Positions 47,641 to 47,642 of a stretch of DNA of 47,642 bases are shown piece after piece. Both the position numbers and the translations under genes were made by a program. The notes below the pieces were generated by a model. The model was given only the letters and a program-made list of their open reading frames with translations, did not search any database and had not been told where the DNA came from. Origin of the DNA: an uncultured Bacteroides sp. (GTDB taxonomy: Bacteria; Bacteroidota; Bacteroidia; Bacteroidales; Bacteroidaceae); NCBI GenBank assembly GCA_964555225.1, contig CAZKSK010000001.1, positions 1 to 47,642 on the forward strand. Direction: 5' to 3'. Each line of letters begins with the position of its first letter. The first letter of the stretch is position 1.

Positions 47641-47642
47641 TG

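Overview
This is an AT-rich chromosomal window from a Bacteroidales bacterium, judged from TAnnTTTG/TTTG promoters, SusC/SusD pairs and a hybrid two-component system (HTCS). From left to right it contains: (1) a metG-linked glycan locus with a partial GT-A transferase, a LicD phosphotransferase, a Bcs1-like CDP-alditol synthase/reductase fusion, an oppositely oriented fucosyltransferase-like gene, a Wzx flippase and a DUF3783-like ORF; (2) housekeeping genes (metG, comM/yifB, a Cys-less TlpA-like lipoprotein, a TPR lipoprotein, xerD, sufT-like, lpxH, pta-ackA, DUF2156 plus Eis-like GNAT, folP-cdaA, murF); (3) a 9-gene MacAB-TolC-type operon with four permeases in A-B-A'-B' order and its own NtrC-family regulator and kinase, behind a consensus sigma-54 promoter with palindromic enhancer-like boxes; (4) a probable pectin utilisation locus (HTCS, SusC/D, CE8 pectin methylesterase, and a second convergent SusD/SusC truncated at the right edge). 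No rRNA, tRNA, CRISPR array or transposase was seen. All calls come from motif recognition by eye; no searches were run. The strongest leads are a possible ribitol-phosphate modification of protein O-glycans and a self-regulated sigma-54 transporter/sensor module.
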